DNA from: Octopus sinensis
Lineage: Eukaryota
Assembly (NCBI RefSeq): GCF_006345805.1
Contig: NC_042999.1
Location: 39,556,001-39,620,000 of the forward strand
Length of the DNA: 64,000 nucleotides
Direction: 5' to 3'
The position numbers were made by a program, and so were the translations under genes. The notes beneath the pieces were generated by a model, which worked only from the letters and a program-made list of their open reading frames with translations, was not told the origin of the DNA and did not search any database. Of this stretch, positions 53,641-64,000 are shown piece after piece. Every line of letters starts with the position of its first letter. Positions within the stretch are counted from its first letter, which is position 1.

Positions 53641-56029
53641 TGGTTGTCCTATTATTTTATAGATTAGATCTTTCAGATTAGAACCACGTATCCCATTCAC
53701 ATGACGTAAAACATAGTTATTGTACTCATTAAATATTCTGAGACTGCGCCTTTCGATTATCTGTACATTTCTGAGTGGAAACTTTTCGCTGAAGTCAACG
53801 ATTTCTCCTCATTACACCGATATAACTTTTGCGCCATCAAATACGATGTATTCACATAATGCACTCATCTTTATTATACGAATTTTATATGAATGGACAA
53901 TGCTTGTAATGATTAGATCGCCTTCCACTATTTATATGACAACACAATTATTCAGAGACGCAATAAATATTCTCTTAATTTTGTAAAATTATCTGTTATT
54001 GCTACCCGTAGTTTTTTGTTAATGAATGTACTTAAATAGTCTTCCCTTCACTTGCCTCACATTACGTCAATCAAATATCCGCTGGGTACTTTTCGAAACT
54101 TTTGTTTTAACTTGATCAGAGCCTCTGGCACTAAATGTTTAATTTCACGGGAATTAATTTTTGAATTAATATCTCTGATTAGTTGGCAACATGTCAGTTC
54201 AGATTTGTGAATCAAACATATATTATTGTCTTGTAAGATTAACAAAGTCAAACGCAGGTATCAAAAGTTTATTGTAATTCTATTTGCCAGTATGATTTAA
54301 CATACTGTATCTTATACTTAGATGATAGGTTAAGAAATATGGTTACATTTCTGGGATGATAATATAAATGTATTATGGTTTATACAGAAATTGGTAGATT
54401 AGAATTTTAATATATAGTTTTGCACAATGCATCCTCTAATTTTTCCTTGCTTCCTATATTCTTGCCGTGATAATTGTCTACGAAACAATGCATGATATGC
54501 TCCTGGGATATCAATGATACTCTGCTAAAAATTAATAATGCTATAATTTGAATTATTTGAGTCTGGAATATATAAATACAATTATAAGCACACCTGCTTT
54601 AAAATTAACATTATATAAGCCACCTTCAAGGATTATGTGATTATAGGGATATCTATCTGGTCTCTTTTGCAATAACTTGATTTATAAATCCAGATCTGTC
54701 AATAATGAATTTCGGATAATAATTGTTCGGCAGATTTCGATTGTATCGGCTCTGTCATCTAACTCGCAACATGATGTAGATAACCGATATATTTAATATC
54801 AAATTTTATGTCCACCGCTTTCCATATTGGGCGCTTTCAGCCGAGTGCAAAATGTGGCAAGCATCCAGGCTTGTTTTGCGATGCCTTCCCCCCTCGCTAC
54901 TGCTAGACATATCGTCATTTTAAAAGGTCATGTGCACTGTCTTTCCTTCTGAATAAAAGATAAAAACAACGTAGTTAATGAAACGTATACAAGAGGGATT
55001 TAGTACTGCATAAGCTTTACCAATATGGCTGCGTTTTTTTGTTCGCATAGTATCTGACGGAGATATATAATATGCACACTACTAAATGGATATTCATTTT
55101 TAACTCAACAATAACAAGATTCATAATCTGGTACTTTACATTTGTTATTTACTATTAATTACTATTCATATTAGTTATTCAAATACTGACCCTAGTAACG
55201 TGGTTTTTAGCAATTCTCTCAATGTCCTCATTAACCGTAGTCAAAGAGAAATAAATTATAAAATATAAGATAATGGATAGCTTTATTTTAGGTCTTTTAA
55301 TAATATGGAAGCGAATCCGTCACGATTTATCTCACATACATACAAATGATTTAGTTCATCGCCTTTACTTACTTAGACGAAAGGAAATAAATATTCATAG
55401 CATACAAATTACATTATCTAACATTATCTAACCAAGTTAAGAATCTCGTATTTTATGATAGCTACAAAAACAGTCATGAACCATTCGTATTATTATATAT
55501 ATTATCTTATATTTGTATGCATTTTGCAGATTTCAGATACTGGATTAGGGCTCTGTATGGACACTGGATACATTCGTATGAAAGCAAAGTCAATAGGATT
55601 TTGAATGCACATCCATTTATCGCCAGTGTATGAAACCATACTTAGCATAAATATTTTGTCCCATTTCATATGTAAAGAGCCAAGTTTGTTTCCTTCGGGC
55701 GTGTAAGGAGTTGAGAGTATCGACTTACGCTTCGCCAAAAGTTCATTCTTTGTGCCTTTCGTTTTTTATATAGCTTTACACCACCCGAACTGCTTTTATT
55801 CCTAGGGTCTAAGATTTCACAATCATTACTTAGAAAAGTATGTTATTGATATTGTTATGTAATATACTCTGATCTGATTATCCAGAGAGTTATACAAAAT
55901 ATACTGATGCACTTCATATTGGTGCAAATTTAGAGAAACATAACAAAGAGTGGTTTTTATGATCCAATGTTCTTACGTTGTATTTTATAGCTCAAAATCA
56001 GTTTTCAATAAAATAGAAAATATTCTTTA

Positions 56030-56410
56030 CTACTCCAGTCAGAAGGCCCGAAATTTTGGCGGAGTGGTTCAGTTGAATAGATCGACTCCAGTACGCAACT
56101 GGCACTTAATTTATCGACCCCTAAAGGATGCAATGCAAAAGTTGACCTCGGCGGAGTTTCAACTCAGAACGTAAAGACAACGAAATACCTATTTCTTTAC
56201 TACCCACAAGGAGCTAAACATAGAGGGGACAAACAAGGACAGACAAACGGATTAAGTCGATTACATCGACTCCAGTGCGTAGCTGATACATAATTTTTCG
56301 ACTCCGAAATGATGAAAGGTAAAGTCGACCTCGGCGGAATTTGAACTAAGAACGTAACGGTTATGCATTTCGCCCGGCGTGCTAACGTTTCTGCCAGTTT
56401 ACCGCCTTAT
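56030..56410 (-). mobile_element. Dimeric SINE family A variant with linker
   Basis: Same linker as 39000-39365. Confidence 0.8.
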
Positions 56411-57599
56411 AAAATGGAAAATACTAAACTAAGGTTTTATAATTCGCTAATATTATTTTTCCTTGTATTTCGTTACGTATTATTGCACACAATACATCTC
56501 CTGATATTCTATCTTCGTGGAAACAACTTGCCGAATCACATCTGTGAGTGTTGCCTAGTCGAATTGTGTAAGATAAGGAAAAGATAGATTTCTTATTTAA
56601 ATAAATATGCTTTGAAGAATTGCAGTCATTATTTAATGGTAGGATATGTTTATTCTAGATGCAACAAAATTGAACTTTAAAATTCGAACAATTTATATCG
56701 ATTCTTATCGTTAACGAAATTGCACTCACAAGTTTTCTCAAGGTAATTTAATAATTCGTAATTATCTTGTTTATTGATCTTCTACAATATTTCTCGAATA
56801 TGACGCAAACCATGTTGTATTGCAGAGTTCATTGGGTACATTCTCATTTTACATTGTATAATTATATTTTCTGCTCATTATTGAAATTATATTTAGAATA
56901 CAAATATGTATTTCTCTTGATCAATTATTATGGAAAACTTCAATTAATCTATACGTACATGAGCAATCGAGAAACATGTCAAGTACAATCATAATACCGC
57001 TATGTAAATATACTTAACGAATATCATATTTCCAATTAGAAATCAATTCTATTTACAATAATTTGAATATAAAATGTCTTTTAATAAGAGGCTGTGTTTT
57101 ATTTCACAATTTCTGAAAATAATTTTATGAAATTATATGGAATCGAGTGTTTGGGGAATTTCAAATTCGTTGACTATTGTTTCAGTTTAGTTTGTTGTAA
57201 GATTATTTGTGTATTTAATTCAACATTAATATCTAAAATGTAATAAATCAGTATAATTTAGTTTCAGGTATGTAAATTAAATTTTTGTCATATATACTTG
57301 ACGGTTTTGGCGCACGGTTAGAATATATGAAACAACAATTATTATTTCAAGTCAACGCGTTCATCACGACCTTCGACTGGAGTGCAACAATGTACGACAA
57401 CGCGCACAGACATGAACCTGTAGTGAATTCCTATGTGAAGAGAGATGTCAAAGGCTGTTGAAGAAATACGAACATTAATTTTCCCTCCATTATGGAAGCT
57501 TAGCCACTACTTAATAATTTGAGCGAGGAATAAATCACAAGGTTTTATTAGCTGTCTGAACCTCTAAGCTAATATCACGCACTAATCTTTTGACTGCAG

Positions 57600-57740
57600 A
57601 TTTATCATGCCCCACTTCTGTCCTGCATATATTGTTTGTTCCTTCTCGAGGCACGCCTTGCTTATAAGGGCCGGTTTCCCGGTTTCCTTGTCGTACAGGT
57701 TCCCCACCTGGACGGGACGCCGGTCCGTCGCGGTGAGACC
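57600..57740. mobile_element. GC-rich interspersed-repeat fragment abutting the satellite
   Basis: gggccggtttcccggtttc..ctggacgggacgccggtccgtcgc resembles a retroposon tail. Family not resolved. Confidence 0.4.
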
Positions 57741-57844
57741 TGCATATATATATATATATGTTAGTAATACCTGCATATATATATATATATGTTAGTAATA
57801 CCAGCGATTATAATTATTTTTATTTTATCGCAATTTGATTTGTT

Positions 57845-57912
<68 letters not shown>

Positions 57913-58135
57913 ATATATATATAGTATGTATGTATGTATATACATATATATATATATGTATGTATATACATATATATATGTATGTATACATATACATATA
58001 TATACATATATATACATATATGTATATATATATATGTATATATATGTATATATATGTATATATGTATATATATATGTATATTATATGTATATATATATAT
58101 GTATATATATGTATATATATAATATATATATATAT

Positions 58136-58166
<31 letters not shown>

Positions 58167-58439
58167 ATATATATATATATGTATGTATGTATGTATATGT
58201 ATGTATGTATGTATATACATATATATATGTATGTATGTATATATATATATATATGTATGTATGTATATACATATATATATATGTATGTATACATATACAT
58301 ATATATACATATATATACATATATGTATATATATATATGTATATATATGTATATATATGTATATATGTATATATATATATGTATATATATATGTATATAT
58401 ATATGATATATATATGTATATATATATATAATATGTATA

Positions 58440-58470
<31 letters not shown>

Positions 58471-58582
58471 CTATATATATATATATTATATATATATGTT
58501 AGTAATACCTGCATATATATATATATATGTTAGTAATACCAGCGATTATAATTATTTTTATTTTATCGCAATTTGATTTGTT

Positions 58583-58654
<72 letters not shown>

Positions 58655-58866
58655 GTATATAGTATGTATGTATGTATATACATATATATATATATGTATG
58701 TTATACATATATATATGTATGTATACATATACATATATATACATATATACATATATGTATATATATATATGTATATATATGTATATATATGTATATATGT
58801 ATATATATATGTATATTATATGTATATATATATATGTATATATATGTATATATATATATATATATC

Positions 58867-58899
<33 letters not shown>

Positions 58900-59168
58900 A
58901 TATATATATATGTATGTATGTATGTATATGTATGTATGTATGTATATACATATATATATATATATGTATATATAATATATATATGTATGTATGTATATAC
59001 ATATATATATATGTATGTATACATATACATATATATACATATATATACATATATGTATATATATATATGTATATATATGTATATATATGTATATATGTTA
59101 TATATATAGTATATATATATGTATATATATATGTATATATATATGTATATATATATATATTATGTATA

Positions 59169-59199
<31 letters not shown>

Positions 59200-59308
59200 C
59201 TATATATATATATATTATATATATATGTTAGTAATACCTGCATATATATATATATATGTTAGTAATACCAGCGATTATAATTATTTTTATTTTATCGCAA
59301 TTTGATTT

Positions 59309-59377
<69 letters not shown>

Positions 59378-59584
59378 GTATATATGTATGTATGTATGTA
59401 TATACATATATATATAATATGTATGTATATACATATATATATGTATGTATACATATACATATATATACATATATATATATGTATATTATATATATGTATA
59501 TATATGTATATATATGTATATATGATATATATGTATATATATGTATATATATATGATATATATGTATATATATATATATATATC

Positions 59585-59619
<35 letters not shown>

Positions 59620-59860
59620 ATATATATATATAGTATGTATGTATATATGTATATGTATGTATGTATATACATATATATATGTATGTATGTATATACATAT
59701 ATTATGTATGTATGTATATACAATATATATGTATGTATACATATACATATATATACATATATGTATATATATATGATATATATATATGTATATATATGTA
59801 TATATATGTATATATGTATATATATGTATATATATATGTATATATATATGTATATATATG

Positions 59861-59900
<40 letters not shown>

Positions 59901-59934
59901 TCTATATATATATATATATAATATATATATATAT

Positions 59935-59989
<55 letters not shown>

Positions 59990-59990
59990 C
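57738..59990. repeat. Higher-order TA-rich satellite, three units of about 730-760 bp
   Basis: The unique core gttagtaatacctgca(TA)n gttagtaataccagcgattataattatttttattttatcgcaatttgatttgttt starts at 57760, 58498 and 59227. Confidence 0.92.
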
Positions 59991-60009
59991 TTCTAATATA
60001 ATCCTTTGT

Positions 60010-60410
60010 ATTGGATACACAAGGCATCACATTTTGGGGAAGGGGCCTAGTCAGTTATCGTTCCTTAATATATCAGCCCAAAAGGATGAAAGGCAAAGTT
60101 GACCTCAACGGAATTTGAAATGTGAACGTAGCGACGGGAGAATTACCCCAAAGCATTTTTTATATCGTGCTAACGCTTCTGCCAGCGCGCCGTCTTTATA
60201 TGTTCCAATATAATATTTTCTACTCTTGGAGCAAGGCCTGAGATTTTTGGGGAAGGGGCTAGTCGATTATATCGACCCCAGTATGCAACTGACACTTAAT
60301 TTATCGATCCCGAACGGATGAAAGTCCAAGTCGACCTCAGTGGAATTTGAGCTGTGAACATAAAAGGCAGACGAAATACAGGTGATCATTTCGCTCGGCG
60401 TTCTAACACT
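60010..60410 (-). mobile_element. Two tandem SINE family A copies
   Basis: The family core occurs twice (about 60020-60190 and 60215-60410). Confidence 0.8.
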
Positions 60411-61399
60411 TCAACAATTTGAAATACACCTTGTAAAATACATGTTGTGCATTCTTCGGATGCACAAGACCATATCGGTCTTTCCGCATACAGGATAGTC
60501 CATTAAATATTTTACAAAGTACTTCATCAGAACTAGAGAATAAAAGGGAGAAAGTACCCCATTATTATTTGGAGTAGCAGAAGATAATAACATTGTGTGT
60601 CGTGAGACGGTAATATTGCTACATTTATATATCCCTTTATTGCCATCAAAATATCTAATGCTGCTGCTACACTATGTCTATTAAGAATTAAAATCTCTTG
60701 GAATTGACAGTTAAATTCTAGCTGCCTATGATAAATTTATGTCAGATACTCTCTTAACTCCTAATTCATTATGGCTATAAATTCGCTGTCTACATAAAGA
60801 AACAAATCTCAGAAGTCCTTAAGATAATGGTATATGCCCAATCTATTTTATTATCAGTTAAAGGGGCCTAAAATAGAAAATAAAGGACGCCACAATGTGA
60901 TCTAAATGGGCATCAGTAATAAAGGGCGAAAACTATATAATCAAAATTTAACAAAATTTAAATATCTATATATTTTGTATAACAAAAAATATAATTTTAA
61001 AATTTAGAAAGGGATATAAGGATCAAGTAAGATAAGAAGGATATCTACCACCGCCCAATAAAAAGTATAGTCCATTTATAGAAAATAGAATCTTCATAAT
61101 ACTTCATCCTAGTAAACTTTTAAGGTAGTCATGAACCAATTAAAACAGTGAGCCTATAATTACATCTAGTTGTAATCCGAGAAAGAGGTACACATTTTCT
61201 AATGACTGAAAATCAAGCATTAAATGCAAAAACACGAGATAATTGGTTCTGTAACAAACTTATTTGAAAATATAATAATATATAATATAATATATCATAT
61301 AATGCTTGCAGTGTGTGATTAAATGAAGTCGCCTGAAACAGCCACAATGCACTAATACCTTGATATTCCTATCACTTATTTGCTTTATATCTATTAGAT

Positions 61400-61570
61400 C
61401 GCTAGCCGCTACACATTGTTTATTTTCTCTCCTTGTTCCTTTCTATGTTCCTTTCTGTGGAAGAGCGTAGTCTCGAACGTTAAAGATTTTTGACTTCCGG
61501 AGAATTATACTAATATTTCTGTGTGTTGTCTACACCACCTGCATTCGGCTTTTTTTTTTGCGAATTTTCC
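61400..61570 (+). mobile_element. Penelope-like 3'/pseudo-LTR fragment with hammerhead-like motif
   Basis: The motif cttt-ctgtgga-agagcgtagtctc-gaacgtt-aaag lies at 61451-61485 and the fragment ends in (TA)n. Confidence 0.45.
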
Positions 61571-61601
<31 letters not shown>

Positions 61602-61699
61602 TATATATATATATATTATATATATATAGATATATATATATATATATATATAATATATATATATATTATATATATATATATATTATATATATATATATA

Positions 61700-61900
61700 T
61701 GTAAAGTTAATCCAAACAAGAAAACACAGAAAAAAACACAGCAACGCGAGGACGAGGAACAATTAAAGTATTATTTGACGCTCAGGAAAGAAGGGAAGGA
61801 GGGTTTAACGTTTCGAGCGGAGCTCTTCGCCGGAAACAAAGGAGAAGGAAAGATCCCGAGAAGGGGAGACAGAGGAAAAAAAGAGATCACATGTAGAGTG
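61700..61900 (-). mobile_element. Penelope-like 3'/pseudo-LTR fragment with hammerhead-like motif
   Basis: Minus strand reads gttt-ccggcga-agagctccgctc-gaaacgtt-aaac at 61803-61837. A truncated homologue is at about 48280-48342 (+). Confidence 0.55.
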
Positions 61901-62551
61901 AGAGAGAGACAAAAAGAGGGAGAAAGATAGAGGGGGGAGAGATATTTCTTTAAAAGTTTGTGTGTGCGCGTGTTCGTTCCTTATGGATTCGAGAACTGAG
62001 TTGCCGATTTTGACGTATTAGGTATCAAAAGATTCAATAATCAGTTGGCTACGAAATGAAGAATATTTGTTACACAACAGCTCTTCTTTACTACAAAAAC
62101 AACCTCGGAAGCGAGGTCCGTTTGCATAAGGTCTGTAGCTAAGGGAGGCAACTCTGCCTGAACTATCTTAAAATACATGGAGTTTTATCAAGGAATGAAT
62201 CTTCGAGGATATATTAGTATTCTTTAGTAGATAATCTTTTAATGTGGGTTACGTTTGTCTGAGTTTTTTTAGTCCAGAGTTGCCTCTGATGTAGTTATTT
62301 TTTTCCTGAAATACTGTAAATCTAAGAGAGTTTGTGTTGTATATGTGTGTGTGTGTGTGTGCTTCTGTGTGTGTATGTTCCTTATGGATTCGGAAGCCGA
62401 GCTGCTGATTTTGAGGTATGAAATGATTTAGTATTCTTCGGGCATTGATTATTTTTTCTTCCTGAAATGCTGTCTTTCTTTTGATGAGTGTGTTTTAAGA
62501 GAGATTTGACTCCTATTTGAAGTAGCTCAAGTCATCACATAGACACCTGCG

Positions 62552-62621
<70 letters not shown>

Positions 62622-63007
62622 TGTGTGTGTGTGTGTTTCTTTGTTTGTTGTGGTGTAAAAATAGTTTATCTCAGAATATTTTGCAGAATAATTTTTTAAA
62701 GAGATCTGGACATCTTTCTTACCATTAACCATTCAACTCCAAATTACAATTGTTAGTTGTTGGAAGTCAAGTAGACTGAGGTGTACGTATAGTGTTATCG
62801 TATAGAGTGAAAGTCCAATACGAAGTTTTGAACTCATTATCTTTTGGGTAGTAATCCATTACCTTAAATTTGAAACCATCAAGTCTTCAAACATTATATT
62901 ACTGGGTTTAGTGTTCGACTGTCACCATAATGAGGCATCACCTTCAAAAATCTAATTGATTATACTGGCCTCAGTACGTATTTCATTCTGGCATTTATTT
63001 TATAGAT

Positions 63008-63396
63008 GGGAAGCATTCCGTTGGTTACGACGACGAGGGTTCCGGGTGATCCGATCAACGGAACAGCCTGCTCGTGAAATTAACGTGTAAGTGGCTGAGC
63101 ACTCCACAGACACGTGTACCCTTAACGTAGTTCTCGGGGATATTCAGCGTGACACAGAGAGTGACAAGGCCGGCCCTTTGAAATACAGGTACAAGAGAAA
63201 CAGGAAGTAAGAGTGAGAGAAAGTTGTGGAGAAAGAGTACAGCAGGGATCACCAACATCCCTGCCGGAGCCTCGTGGAGCTTTAGGTGTTTTCGCTCAAT
63301 AAACACTCACAACGCCCGGTCTGGGAATCGAAACCACGATCCCACGACCGCGAGTCCGCTGCCCTAACCACTGCGCCATTGCGCCTCCACCGGCGC
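63008..63396 (-). mobile_element. SINE family D copy
   Basis: Near-identical reverse complement of 30942-31326. Probable TSD ttttatagat at 62998-63007 and 63397-63406. Confidence 0.9.
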
Positions 63397-63841
63397 TTTT
63401 ATAGATATTTGCCTGACAAACAGCTAACTCTCAAGCAGAATGGGACGAAATACTCAATTTAACAAGAAATCTAAACACATGCACAAATACACAAATACAC
63501 ACATTAGATGCAAGCATGAGAGTGTCATTGAGAATTTTGCTCCTCAACCACATGGTTCCACGTTCAATCACTACGCATGTTAACTTCGGCAAGTGTTTTC
63601 AACAATAGCCCTAGGCCAACCACATACTTCTGACTGAATTTGGTAGATGGAAACTGCAGCGTTGTTCATCAGAATTTGACCTAAAAACTTGTTATAAAGA
63701 TGAGCTGTTTGCTTCATACACCTCGTGTGCTGATGCTAGCCATAAGGAATCTACAAATAATCAAATAATAAAACGTGTGTGTAGGGCATAAAACCAGGGC
63801 AACACCAGGGTGTAGTGCTAATGTATATATATATATAATAT

Positions 63842-63893
<52 letters not shown>

Positions 63894-63894
63894 A

Positions 63895-64000
63895 TGATCA
63901 CGTGACCGACCAGACCATCAGATGTTGCTACACATCGCTGGTCACAATGCGTTCGCATTGTTTTAGCCTTCGAACGACGCCACCCCGCTGGCTAAGCGAG
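63895..64000. mobile_element. Interspersed-repeat end running off the window, next to (TA)n
   Basis: An abrupt GC-rich sequence starts after the (TA)n tract. Family not resolved. Confidence 0.35.

Noticed and set aside
57760-59300. CRISPR-like appearance of the recurring gttagtaatacc core
   Set aside because: The context is eukaryotic, the spacers are homologous TA microsatellite rather than unique sequence, and there are no cas genes.
57761-60102. Long ORFs (up to 234 aa) of Y/I/M/C/V/H/T
   Set aside because: They are translations of TA, TATG and CA repeats, which lack stop codons. Not coding.

Overview
An AT-rich, microsatellite-dense animal genomic window. The SINE families and repeat style suggest an octopus or other coleoid cephalopod; this is inferred from remembered repeat families, not from a search. 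No host protein-coding gene could be identified with confidence, and almost every short ORF in the track is a microsatellite or repeat artefact. The main feature is a young, GC-rich, 5'-truncated CR1-clade LINE on the minus strand (about 41649-44710). It has an uninterrupted 956-codon APE endonuclease plus reverse transcriptase ORF2, a stub of ORF1, a 3'UTR stem-loop and a (TAAC)5 tail, and it sits inside a (TA)n tract. Its protein looks like CR1 elements I recall from parasitic flatworms, so horizontal transfer is a testable hypothesis. Other content: two Dong/R4 LINE fragments (one inside (AAT)n), decayed CR1 and RTE-X fragments, a cluster of decayed Penelope-like elements (25.4-29.8 kb), two convergent hammerhead-like motifs around a (TA)n tract (61.4-61.9 kb), mariner, Tc1 and hAT relics, at least four tRNA-derived SINE families (more than 20 copies), and a three-unit higher-order TA satellite of about 735 bp per unit (57.7-60.0 kb). 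Boundaries of decayed elements are approximate.
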